Below, one piece after another: positions 1-13,088 of a stretch of DNA of 64,000 bases (position 1 is its first letter; each line of letters begins with the position of its first letter). A model generated the notes under the pieces. That model saw only the letters and a list, made by a program, of their open reading frames with translations, searched no databases and was not told where the DNA came from. Origin of the DNA: Kudoa neothunni (lineage: Eukaryota > Animalia > Cnidaria); NCBI GenBank assembly GCA_964304625.1, contig OZ199839.1:4203292-4267291 (forward strand). The letters run 5' to 3'. The translations under genes and the position numbers were made by a program.

Positions 1-315
1 GTTAATATATATTTTTAGGTTGTATACTTATTTGAGTGTTATTAGGCTGCATTTCTATAAGATAAACGAGAAAAAAAGAAAGAGACTAGTTATAGTTTAA
101 TGAATATTTGTGTAATAGTTATTCTTAAAACATTTTGAGCATTTCTACGAACATCTTAATTGAGTTTAATAGCCCTGAATAATATAATTCCTTAGAAATC
201 CTTAAGTATGTAAGAAACCGCATTATGTAAAAGTTACCCGTATCCAATTTTAATGTCACTTAGTTACCCCCTGTTATTTAAAATTTACCCCTGGTTGAGG
301 ACCTCTGGTCTAGAG

Positions 316-542
316 CTTTATTTCCCAACCCTTTTGGTCTAAGGATCCCTAACTAGATAAGCTAAATGAATACAAACCCCTGAATGTATTAACCACGCAT
401 ATTTATTTATATTTGCGGTACTATTGTCCCAGAATTATGTTTTTAAAGTTGGTATTATTATAGCCGAGAATTCACGAAAGACTAGGCTTTTAAGAGTAAG
501 GATCATCTTGGGGGTCCACGAACCCCAGGCTGGATAACATTG
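316..542. mobile_element. hAT (Charlie-like) MITE, with the end of a second hAT element abutting at ~293-307
   Basis: Degenerate termini ctttatttcccaacc ... ggctggataacattg resemble the CAGTGTTTCCCAACC TIR type. Flanking 8-mers gtctagag (308-315) and gcctagaa (543-550) fit the NTCTAGAN target. ggttgaggacctctg ending at 307 is another hAT-like end. Confidence 0.55.
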
Positions 543-1269
543 GCCTAGAACCTAGATGGGGTGATTTCATCATGTTAGAAATCGATTAAATATCGCCTAA
601 ATACATCAGACAAATTTTTAATGTTCATATTTAATTGTGTAAAATATTTTTAAAATTAAACTCAGAAAAAGAGAACTCTAAACTTATAATTTAATGGTTG
701 AATGAGCAGAATGTTTTGTTTGAATGAGGTTTTCGATTAAACTAATGATATTTAATCCGTTAAATAAATCACAATTTGTCGTATAAAATAGTGAATGTGG
801 TAAACCTTGTTTGGCTTTATGAATTGTTTCCAATATGAATGAGATGTGTGAAAAGAATAATAAAAAAATTCTTGCATTAGTCAAAAATATCGATTTTTTT
901 AATGCTGATTCAATTTTATAAAAGAGTTTACATATTTAAAAATTTAAAGTTAAAATTTTAGTGGTATCGGTATTGAATGTCGATAAGCTTTGGTTAGTAC
1001 TGGTCATAATATGGTATCTTGTTATCAAGAAAATATTTGCCATGATTTTCAAGTTTTTTTTAATCAAATTTTATTTTTGCATTGTATAATTCATTTAAAT
1101 GGTCTATTTATGTCTATGATCTTGTGATCGGCAACAGCCCGTTGAAGTTAATTTGACCACTTAAAGTACGATCAGATTTTCGTCGCAACAATAGCCACTT
1201 CTTTATTGGTCGATTGTACAATTTTTGATTAATTGAGTGCTTTTTTTATTGGAAATCTAATTAAAACAG

Positions 1270-4200
1270 GAGAAATGAAACAGACGGTGCAAACCCTCCT
1301 CTTAACCCACCAACCATCTCTGACAACTATACAACGTATTATCTTGGGTGTAGTTGAGTTTATTTGATTTTGGAAATCTTATAGAGATGAGTATTCGGCG
1401 TCACCGGCTGAAGGAGTAACTTCCTTGAATCAAGATAACATCACCTCTATCAAGTATACATTTCTTGCTCTCTTTTTTATAATTTTGACTGTTAGCGAAA
1501 ATACTGGAACTCGGCTTCCTTCTACCACCATTCCATCTACCGCAAATGATGACCCTTCTGTACCCACAGCTCCCTCGGTAGAGGATGACGATGAATCACC
1601 TCAAGATACACCCTCTACTAATGATGGTAGTTGATTTGATCATTCTGCACTTTTCCATTTTCCCATCATTAGAAGCTGGAAATATCACAGACATATTCAG
1701 GTCTTCTCTCAATGAGAGGGTGATCGAACTGCCCCCAGATATAGACATCCAAGGATTATACGAATTAACAACCTTAAATCGTAGCTTAAGATGTGTCGCA
1801 CCTTCCATCAATACCAATCCAATTTCTGTTTAGATCCTAATGAATTTTCTTATGGTTATGGTGGTGATGAATCATACGAATTTAGTCCTTTGCAAGATAA
1901 TCAACAAACTGGAATACTCCGCTCAAACCCCGCTGGGGTGTCCAGTGTTCCCAATGTTGTAGTTGCTACTGGTCGTGGTAATGCATCCGACGATATTCTT
2001 GTTGAACCCAGCGATTCTGCCGTTGTAAATGATAATAACTTTGAGTTGACATTAACCGATAACACTCATTCTGTGAGTGAACACTTAAATAACTTCGTTG
2101 AGTGAACATTTGTTGTAGATCCATGGCGGGCATTCCGCCTCTGACAACACAGAAGATCACTCAAGTCGAACTGCACCGTTACCGAGGACAAGGGGTGTTG
2201 TTTCCTCGGATATTTATACAAAGTATTTAGTGGCTATAACAATTTTAATTCAGCATGTATATAATGAGCAGTTACAACCAAAATGATACCGCAGACAATA
2301 CGCTCGGCGCTGAGCTCACCAATGTGACGGACACCTCAACACAACTTCCTTATCATGTAGGATCTGCCCCTTCTATCGAGTCTCGCTCGCTAGCAACCAA
2401 CACTGGTGATAGTCACCAAGGCGATTCACATAAAATCACAAAAACTCCCAAATCCAGATACTCTGCCTGGGATTGTGCTTCTAGTAGTTACTCGAAAACT
2501 TGCATCCCTGAAAGTACTGCCCGAGGACCTAATGAGCCAACCATAACCGTCTCCGAAAAAAATTACAATCCTACATTTTTCAACTCTATCGATTCCTTAA
2601 CTACAATGTATGATTCTTACTGTGTGGGATGTGTTTATTCCTTTTTAGATCCAGTCACGACCGTTTACGGGCCTATATAGATAATTTATTTGTGCCCAAC
2701 TACGTCGTCAACTATAGAGGTCATCACAATTCCCGCACGATGGTATCAATCCGATGATTTATAACTACCCTCTAATTGCGACATGCCTTAGATTAAAGAA
2801 TGCAATTTCTACGGAGACGATTATGTGATGAGTGGTAGTGATGATGGAAATGTGTTTATATGGGACAAATGGTCCAGCCAATTGGTTAATGTTTTCAATG
2901 CTGACAATAGTGTGGTAAATTGCCTTCAGCCACATCCAGTAGATTCAGGTACGTATTCGCAGCTCCTCAGGTTTTCCATATCTAATAATTAAATAAATTT
3001 TGAAAATTGTCTTAACTCTTGATTTAATGAGAAAATCAATTCTTCGGTAAACCTTTGGTTAGAATCCTACGATTTTACTATTTAATTAGACAAAAATAGT
3101 TTCGGGCGGAATATTAATTTTTTGAGAGAACCTGCTAAGAAAATAATATAAATGTCAATTTATTTTTAAAAACTTTGTTAGCAGATTTTACTTTATATTC
3201 CGCACTTCTGTTAGATTTGAATTTAAAGAAAAGTTTTGTTTGTTTGTTTGTTAAATTTATGTCGTTTTGCAGGTTGATAAAAAGTTTTATAATAATTGGA
3301 AGCTGTATTTTTTGTAGAATTATACATTCCAAGTTATTTTTCTTACTTTGTCCTGTTAACTAATTATTTGTTAGAATTTTCAGCATGGACTAGGAACTTG
3401 AAATGATAAATTAAACTTTTTGTTATGTTATTAATTGACAATTTTTTTTATTTACATCATCTTAGTATACCCATCAAAATCGAATACTTTCAGGATAAAA
3501 TAGAATCCATATAGGTTTCAGATTTTTGGGTTATTCTTTTATTTGGAGTATATTTTCTATTTATTATAAAAATTTCGGGGAGAAAATCAGAGCATTTTAT
3601 CGTTAATTAAACGCTTTATAGTTTGTATATGTACGCATATATGAACAAAGTGTCCATTTTAAATTCAAAGGCTTAGCTTAATCTTTAATATGCCTGACTT
3701 TGATCGTCTTGTGAAGGTATCAAAAACATGCGATATAATAGATAATTATTTTTTAAAAAATAAAAGTTTTGATTTGTTAAATTGATGAATATATCTAATA
3801 TAAATAAAAGTGTGTGTCTGAAAGCAGTTTATTTGTAATAAAAGTACTATGATTTACAATTATCCAATCACATCAAATATTCTTTAATTATGAATCTAAC
3901 GTTTGTTTTGATAATGGTTAATATTATATTTAAAGAATCGCTTCAAAAAATTATATTACATTGTGTCATATTAATGTTAAAAACTCAAATAGGCATGCGA
4001 TAAAAAACATTTTACAGTATAGATTCTTTTTTACATAAACAACCATACTGTAGAATAAAATCATCATATTCCCATTGTTTTCACAGTTTTTTGCTTTAAT
4101 CAAACTCAACAAATTTTTATTATTATTATTATTATTAATGAGTGAACTTTTCATAATGAGTTAAAAATAATCATTAGATTATTTTAAGTATAAAAGCTTT

Positions 4201-5585
4201 AGTGTATCATCGTCATTGATGCCAACTAACACTATCATCACTACTAAAAAAATTCATACTCATCCGAACCATGTAGACCTTTTACAAGTTCGCAAACTTA
4301 AATGAGAAACATTGATTAGATTTGTTAATTTTTATAAAACTGGAAAAGTAGAATAATTTTTATAAATATCTAACAAATTAATGAAAAATCTAACGACAAA
4401 GTAAAACCTCATTTTACTTAGAGGATTAAGTTTTTTGCAAAAAGATGCCGGTCAATTAAAAGAAATGCTTATATTGTATTGTGTTTTCATACCTGTACAT
4501 AATCAGCGTTAAGTTTTTAATTTTCAAAATTATACAAATTAGCAGAAAGGCTCATGGGAGTTAGAGTTTGGCGAAAAGTATTAAATTCCCCTCAATATTG
4601 TTGATAGCTTATTGGATTCAATTGGTTTCTGTTTTAGACGATTTTCTCTCGTTTAATTTTGATTAAAGAACTATAATAACTTGGAGGGGAATTTGTGAAA
4701 ATATATGAGGTGATCCAGTTCTACGTTTTGTATGGATTTAAGTTATTTTTAACGAGTAAAAATTGAAACAGACACAAATATGGATATTTAGATCAAATTT
4801 TATTTACCTTCGATTAACTTTTAAGATTCCTATGGAAGAGTGAACTTGATTTGGGGGTGTTAGCTTTATACTTTTAAAGAATAGATTTCACGTTTTAATG
4901 AAATCGACAGAATATTTAACTGAAAAAATATAATTTCAATTTTTGATAATTATTTAGTGATTGCTTGCAGCGGCATAGATCCCACCATCAAAATTATTGC
5001 TCCCATCAGAAGAACCGCTATCCCTATTAGAGATATCAATTCTGTAATATATTTGATATATAGAAAGCGTTCGTGAGAATAAACTCAAATTTTTATATCT
5101 TTTATGTAGATTGTTTCGCTGAATCAACAAAATCTTCGTATGACCAATAACTATTATTTTGACGCTACACCCACTATGATATTTCATGTATTGCTGGCAC
5201 TGGAAAGAATACAGCGTACTCTGGAATGTTGCTATGCACTACATTGTTTTACTCTGTTGTAGGTAATCGCGGTGATGATGCCACCAATCCAAACGACTCA
5301 TCAAATCCTGATACTTTGAGAGATGTGGATCCAGTACAAACGGCCAGGGAGGGATTTCGTAGAGCTACAAGACTTCGTAATACAGGTTTTCCTAACCTTC
5401 GCCGAGGAAGGGTTCCCAGTCGACATTCCACAGAGGATAACGTCGAACTCACTTCACACCACGATGTTGATCTGGATAATTTTTTTGAGTCAGACGTCTA
5501 TGACGATGATGACGACGAAGAATACTCTATGGATTCGTCGTCCAACTCTCAGTCCTCAACAACTCCCTCATCTGTTGATGATTGA
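1270..5585 (+). CDS. DCAF6: DDB1- and CUL4-associated factor 6-like WD40 protein (3' part, multi-exon; 5' exons presumably upstream of the window)
   Basis: Spliced translation gives a long S/T/D/P-rich linker, then YRGHHNSRTM|IKECNFYGDDYVMSGSDDGNVFIWDKWSSQLVNVFNADNSVVNCLQPHPVDS|VIACSGIDPTIKIIAP, matching the DCAF6 C-terminal WD repeats (YKGHRNSRTMIKEANF...VVNCLQPHP...SSGID). 2-kb intron at 2949-4957; acidic tail ends at TGA 5585. Confidence 0.85.
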
Positions 5586-6416
5586 TGCTTGACCAGATGT
5601 CATTCCTTCGGTCGACACCCTTTGTATTGCACATATTCATTTTTAACCTTGAATTTATACATTCATACACTCTGTCGTCAATTGCAACTCAACAGCTACA
5701 CCATTGCAACATTCTTTTCATTCATAAATCTAATAAAGCTCAACTTGATGGCTTGGTGACTATTCGACGACTTATAAATGATGGTAGAGAGTTTTGGTGA
5801 TTGGTGGCTTCTTTTTGTCTGTTTTTCATAGTTTTGTCTGTTCTCAAACTACTCGCATTAACATCAAAACATAAGAAAACTTTTTTTCTGTATTTTTACA
5901 AAGTTTTGTTTTTAATCCTCATTTGTTCTTTAAATGAATTGCTATTATTGTTGTCGTTGTGAAAAGGTGTCAGGAGTTTTAAATATATTTGCCACATTCT
6001 TTTGGAAGGCGTTAAAATTTACTGTACATGTTGTGTTTGTTTGATGAAACGTCTATTCGTCTTGTGTAGAATAATTCGTAAGATCTACAATAGGAGGATT
6101 TAGTGAGAAACCCGATTACGAGTTTATCCCTTGATTCCTTAATACCGTTGGAATTCCCCAGTCTCACAGCGATAGGCAGAACATTAATTAGTTTGACGTG
6201 TTGTTGTGACTGGCGTTTTTTGTTAAATTTTTGTAGTGTGTATATCACTGGGTATTTTGGTGGTTTCTTAGTTGAGATTGATTATTTTCCTAGGAATCAG
6301 ACATTGTTGTGGTTGTCAGCGAATCATTAAAATCAGATTTAGTGTTATTGGATCGCTGGTTTAAGACCGAATTTTGTTCAGAATCGCACTGACGATTATC
6401 TGTGATAGCGTGGAGA

Positions 6417-7350
6417 ATGGAACAATTATTGAAGGATTCACTTGACAATCCATCACAAATTACTACTGTTCTAAATAGTTCCACCACCTTCAACGACGGT
6501 CCCTTGCTACAATTCTTGAAAACTTTTGTGTCATGTGCTGTGCTTATAATATTCTCTGAGTTGGGGGACAAGACCTTTTTCATTGTGGTCATTCTGTCTG
6601 CAAAGCATCATAAATATAATGTTTTTGTTGGCTCTTTTTGTGCTCTGATTACCATGACAATACTGAGCGTGATGATGGGGTTCGCTTTTTTGCATTTTGC
6701 CTCGCCAACCATTATACGACTGATAACTTTTTGTATCTATGCTATATGTGGCTGTTATATTCTTTACGATTCCTATAACACGGATGAATGCTCTTCAAAC
6801 TCCAGCGTCTACAAAGAAGCCTCTAATGATATCGATAATATTGGATCGAAAGTAAACCAGATAGTTTGCTGGTAGGTATGTGAACTAATTTTTAGATTCA
6901 CATGGACGAAATACCAACTTTGATGATTGATAGGAAAAAAATGTTTACCATTTGAAAAGTTTTATACTATTTTAAGAATTATTTTCAAAATAACTACAAG
7001 ATATCTTAGTCCTGTACTGTTACAGGCTTACTTTTTAGTCTTCCTAGCTGAATGGGGCGATCGATCGCAGATTGCTACAGTTTTCATGGCTCGAAATCAT
7101 GTAATCTCAATCGACGTCTCTGTGTTAAATATTATCCTGTGTAGATCTTTTCCGCAATTAGTGGCGCCATTTTTGGTCATCTACTATGTACAATTTGTGC
7201 TCTAATGTGTGGTTGGATGGCGTCCAGTGTATCTATACGAAAAAGTAAAGATTGTTGTTACTTAACTACTATGTTTTTTCTTGATTATTTTTAGTTAACA
7301 TCGTTTCCGGAATAATCTTTATTTTATTCGCACTGCATAGTCTTTATTAA
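6417..7350 (+). CDS. TMEM165: GDT1/TMEM165 family (UPF0016) Golgi Ca2+/Mn2+:H+ antiporter, about 5 exons
   Basis: Both family motifs present: IFSELGDKTFF and FLAEWGDRSQ; hydrophobic helices; C-terminal exons give GAIFGHLLCT...SGIIFILFALHSLY*. ATG 6417, TAA 7348-7350. Confidence 0.9.
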
Positions 7351-7944
7351 CAGTACAACAATAGTAGAATAATTATTGTTGCTACCTGTTCATGTAATTT
7401 ATCATATTTGATAGATTTTTTTGTTGCATATTCACATAACCTTTCAATTAATTGTTATTTTGAATTTTGAATGAACGGAAATAAAATATTATTCAAACAA
7501 AGGAAGCATCTGATTTACCTGTAGAAATATCTCAAATATTACAGCAATAATATTGTTAAGTTTATTAAATGATATTTAACGTGTTTATTGCAATTATTTA
7601 ACATAGAAAAATAAGTTTTATTGTATTATAATATTGATGACAAGTATTTCAAAGATATTTATTATATAGGATCCATTGGAATACATTTTATTTTTATCAT
7701 ATTAATGTTGGGAAACCAAATGCTTAGAACATGAAGTACTGACGTGATTAATTATTATATTAGAATCATCATCAATTTCTTTCCGCTACATAAATTTTTA
7801 TCCAAAATAGTTTGCATTAATTTTTTAACTTCACTCAATTATCTGTAAAGCTCAGATTATCTTTAAATATGAATTCTAGTGACTTACTGAGATTCCTTAT
7901 TAGATACCAACAAATTCATGACAGATATCCTTTAGCTTATTTAA

Positions 7945-10900
7945 CCCTTTCACGTTCTTTTTTTTGTTTTTCTTAAAATATATATATATATATTATTAAT
8001 GGGATATTTATTATTAAAAACTTTAAATTTTAATTTTAAAGGATAATTTTATCATGCGGATTTTCTAAATTTTGTGCAGGTGCATTTAAATGCATACTGG
8101 GATTAAATGGTAAAAAAGTTGAAAATGAATAAAAGTTTCAAACCAACTATTCTAACTTTAGATTTAAAAAATAATCATTTTAAATTTCACAATTCAAAAA
8201 AAATTGTCAACAATGACTCAAAAGCATGTCTCCCATTAACCATTTCCAAATTTGTTTCATTAGTATTATTAATAATATATAAATAGATTTGTGATACAAA
8301 AATGATGCAATTTTTTTGTTATAAATTTTTTTTAACAAGTATTGGTTTGGCTTATTTAATTTCACTGATATTAGAAGACAACATGACATAATAATTTGCA
8401 AGAAAATAACACACAATATAATGAAACGTACTGAACAATTCAATCTAATTAATTTAATTTGTGATGAAATTCGTAGAAACAATTCCTTTCTTTAACCAGA
8501 AAGCAGCCCCATTTGCATTTAATTCATTTGATTTGCGTGACCTTTTGGCAAAGTTTGCATCTATCGCGTGTGGGCGTGACTCAGGGGAATGCCCATCATT
8601 ATCGGATCGGATATCGTCAGAAAGAGAGCAAGACAATTTTTCGGCTTATTGAATTTTCCAGTTTATTATCTACCGATAATGATGGTCACCTGTGCCTTAA
8701 CTTTAAGTTTTTTTTCTTTTTAACAAATATTAAAGTCTCACATACCGAACAGGTGAAATTCAGTAAACTTAATACAGAGTATTGGCGCAAGTGCGCTATG
8801 TACAAAAAACATAAATTTATTGGGGTTTAAAATAATCGGTAATTTCGATTCGTTTGCATTATTATCGGGTTATTTCAGACATGGACTCCATAACTATGTG
8901 TTTTGAAAACAATGGTGTTGAGTTTTCTAACAAAAATTTTCTGATTAAATTAATTGATTGTTTGAGTTCCGAAGTTGACACAAGCGCTTCAGGTAAAGCT
9001 ATTGATTCCTCATGTATTTTCTTTCCCTCTTCTTCAATATTGTTGGTTTCGCCATACGTTTATCTAAAAATTAAAGTTTATAAACAATTAAATAATTTGA
9101 CGAAATTCTCAACATTATTTTTATAAAAATCTTGAGATAAGTTTCATTATCTATTCATTAATATTTAAATTGGTGTATTGTACTATCAAAGTACAATGTT
9201 CAAAAAGTCTAGATTTTCTAAATCAATTTTGAATTATAGTCGATGATACGTTTTCCCATGCATGATTTAAAATTTTAATAAAACCAAAATGATATACTTA
9301 ATTAAATTTGAATTATCCATATTTATTACGTTGTACTCTTCGTATCGTAGTGAAATTTTTTTTAAATTAATTCCAAAAATATTTTTAAATTCTACGAACC
9401 AACCATTATTACCAGTAAATTTGTCAATACCTATGGATTTAACGATACTTTTTGTCTTTTCAATAATGAAGTAAGCAGAAATTACCTTTTTTTCATTTCG
9501 CATTTTAGTTATTCGTGTATAGAATAAATTAATTAACTCCGCGTACTTGTCTTCGTTTATTCTTTTGTTTGTAGCCGAAAAAATAAAATTAATAATATCA
9601 TTTTGAGAAGCTAAAATTCTATTAACAGTAGAATGTCTTGAAAATATATTATATTGGGATTGGATAATTTTATATTATTAGATGGCTTGGGAAGTTTAAA
9701 AGTCATTCCTTTTTCTCCTTTGAGTGATTTAATCGAATTATAGTATTCGATTATTTTAACTTTTCCAGCCATTGTTCGCAGATTCCTTATCATTTTTGTT
9801 TCACAGAATTCAAATAGAAGATTAGTTGAGGGTTAAACTGAACAAAATGTTACGCAGTAGCGAGATTTTAGTTTTAGCACACTGACTTAAATTTATACGT
9901 CTTTAATAAAAACTTTTGATCTTCGCTTGCTCAGTTAACATTAATTTAAATAATATAAAAGAAAAGTTTCGGTAAAAAGTTTAAAATATCCTTTATATTT
10001 AAAAGAACTTGTGAAATTACGCAATACCAAGGTTCGACTGTATTTCGCTCTCTTTTATTTTTATTGATTTACTATTTCTCTGTATAATAGCCAAGAGTCA
10101 CCATAGCTTTATTTATTCCCCAATAAAATATCTTCAAGTTAACATTTTAAGCCACCATTTTGCAGGTTTTCTAGACTCAGGTTGCTTTGAACATCGCCCA
10201 CCCTTAAATATCATCTGTTCATCTACATATAACTTCCTTTCGGTTAAATCTTTAAGCAACTTGAACTTAAATGATCTAAAAATTGTCTTATTTTCGAAAA
10301 TATACCAAAATCAGGGTTGGATTGTTTCGTTATTGTTTTTGAATTGACAAAATTTTCAAATCAACTCAAATCTACAGCGTGTGAACACGTTTGCAATTGG
10401 CTCAAATTTAAAACATGTTTGCGAATAACAACGATATCTAGGCATCCTTATTACACCCATTAAGATGAGGACCTCAATATACTTTTCTATTTCATCATTA
10501 TCGATTTGGAAACATGAGTTAGACTGTCTGGAATAAAGGTTTGCCTAAACATCAAATCTACGAAAGATTCATTGATAAATTGGTTGAAGTAATCGATAGG
10601 AGTTAAAATCCCATTTATTTCTTCCAAATAACACTCTGAATTCTCAAAATCAATAACATCATCTAACAAAATTTTCTCTATATTCCAATTAAATTTGAAG
10701 TTCGAGTTGCATTTTTCTTCGTCGGTAGCCTCCTTATGGTTTTTAGAGTAGTCATTGAATTTTTCGAAATTATAGATATTTTCTTTTTTTAACATATCTC
10801 GGGTTCTGGAATATCTCCATCGGACAGAAAAACTATTTTTTAATAAATTTTTCCACTTTTCGCAGATATGTCCGAAATATCGTATGAGTATCTCCAACAC

Positions 10901-11289
10901 GGCTGTGCCACGAGATCACAATGTGAATTTAAATGCACAGGCTACAATACTCAAATAACTATTTATTATTATAAATTTTTTTCAAAAATACTCATATATT
11001 TTATTATTTGTTATGAACAATTCGTATTATTTTTTTAATTGATATTGATAATTAACACTGATCAGTTTCAAGAGTGTAATCTTTCACGTTTGGAACATGC
11101 TCAATATATAGATGAAAAACATAACAATTTTTTTAAATTTTCAAGGAGAATTATTCATACTTTAAAAAAGAGAAGAAAATTAGATATCTCTTATGATGAA
11201 TAAAATGTGTTGTATGAAACAATAGTTAAGTGTATTAAAAGATTATGTTTTTCTTATGTGCATTCAAATGCGCACTGAACGCGAAAGGG
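7945..11289 (-). mobile_element. Decayed piggyBac transposon, internally deleted, with a nested pogo element
   Basis: TTAA|CCCTTTCACGTTC ... GAACGCGAAAGGG|TTAA (12/13 TIR match, TTAA TSD). Minus-strand remnants: TPIDYFNQFINESFVDLM (ORF 10487-10900), KIRQFLDHL...VDEQMI-FKG (~10200-10310), and the Cys-rich tail RCKLCQK..KCKWGCF..RNCFYEFHH (~8460-8575). Subterminal palindrome TGCATTTAAATGCA at 8081, with variants at ~10923 and ~11258. Confidence 0.9.
8730..10040 (-). mobile_element. pogo/Tigger-like element nested in the piggyBac (left boundary approximate)
   Basis: Minus-strand terminus TA|CAGTCGAACCTTGGTATTG at 10040. CENP-B-like HTH remnants KVKIIEYYNSIKS and KFTGNNGWFVEFKNIFGI (ORFs 9611-9793, 9267-9503). 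N-terminus resembles the 56074 element. DDE core appears deleted. Confidence 0.75.
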
Positions 11290-12888
11290 TTAATACTTTG
11301 TGCATGTTATACCTGGGTAGAATCAGTTATGATAAAGACATTTAAAAATGAACGCTAAAATAAATCACCATACTATAATATATTACCACTAAAAAAGTAA
11401 TTATGAAAAATTGTTGCAGGTTTTCTGTAAAAATGTTATCAAACAATATGTAAAACGATGGAGCAGAATGGTCTAATTATAAAAGAAATGTGCTTATCTT
11501 ACTGAAAAAATATGATATTCTGGTTGATATATTTTAATCTTCTATTGATTATAGATAAAATTTGGATTTTTACCGAAACCTCAAGGAACGTAGAAATAAT
11601 ATGATCTTGTTAAAGTCCTTTGGTTACTATAAAATAATTTAATTTCACAAATTACTGATAATATTGTCTCGTTGATAAAATTTGTTGTAAATATATTTTT
11701 TTACTTAATGATTCTATGTCGAAATCAGATTAGACTGAATGGGATGGACTCATTACTAACGAGCTGTTTGTTTATAGGGGTAGGAACCTACATATGAGGA
11801 TGCGCAAGTTGACCGGCGAAAAAATTTACTCGGACCAGGTATTTTATCGTGTTATCTCCTGATGAATGTCAAATTTATTTTTGAGAATTATATGATCCAT
11901 AAAATATCGAGGATTCTAAATTACATTATATTTTCTTATTTCGGCAGTTTTTAACGACCATAAACATTTAACAATATAATTATCGTTTTTGAGATAATTT
12001 GGTCCTAATATTATTTTAGGGCAAATTTAATATTTTCCCGTAAATAACATGAGTTTGAATAAAACAATTAATTAGTTGTATAATAGCCATTACTTTAATC
12101 ATTGGAGGACGATTCACCCGAAAATCACGAAGGGCAGAGTGGGGTCCGAATGGACCTTGAAAACTTTGGCTCATCTTTAGAATTTCTCTTCAAAAATGGC
12201 GCATTCGTAACCAGCACGCATTTAAATATTATGTTAGTCAACAAATATAAAAGGCTTAGAAATTATTGAAAACCACAATAAATCCATTCGATAATCATGA
12301 ATATTCAGTGTTGATGAAGGTTTTGAATATATAAATAATAGAATTTCTCACACATATTGATGCGAAAATATTATAAAATGTGTTACTTTAACATTTAAAA
12401 GGGTTCTTGAGGTGAAGATAAGAAAAACTTAACAGCTGATCCTGACACGGACACTCGGAAATAGCTCGCAATCTCGCCTCATATAATAGATTAACTTCGC
12501 GCCACAATTAATCTCATCATTACACTTTGCAATGTCTTCCTAAATAAAATTACTAAGAATCTTATCACGTTAATTTCAAATTTGTTGTTCTTAAATTTTT
12601 GTATTATCGCAACAATAATTTTGTTATTGCATATTAATTATGTTTTAATGTTATGAGCTGAAATGCGTTGAAACTAAACAGACTTAAAAATCAAACAGTA
12701 CAAACAAAAATAAAAAAATTTATAGAAATTTAATTAAGGAATTATTGTTGTTACTATGTCTATTTATATAAAATATAAATATATCGATAATAAGTAATTA
12801 GTGTTTATACCGCAATAAATTGTACATTCGTTTACGCAAATTAATGTTAAATCAAAAATTTCTAAATATTTTGAGATTGCATCATTAA

Positions 12889-13088
12889 CCCCTGATAGAT
12901 CATCGTATAGCGCTCTCGTATATGGTCATTATTAAGGGTTTATACGCCAATTAACCATTTTTATGATATTAATTCAAACAAAATAAATTTTAATAATTTA
13001 TGTATGAAATTTCAAACAAAAATATTTAAATTCGAGAAATGTTTTAATCGCACCGTGGCTCCACTAGCCCAACGTGGTCTATTAAGGG
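12889..13088. mobile_element. piggyBac-like MITE (~200 bp)
   Basis: TTAA|CCCCTGATAGATCA ... TGGTCTATTAAGGG|TTAG imperfect inverted termini; an internal copy of the right end (attaagggtt) at ~12931. Confidence 0.55.

Noticed and set aside
6390-6392. In-frame TGA upstream of TMEM165 as evidence for stop-codon reassignment or selenocysteine
   Set aside because: TGA, TAA and TAG all terminate other genes here normally, and no internal stops were seen in the host exons I translated.
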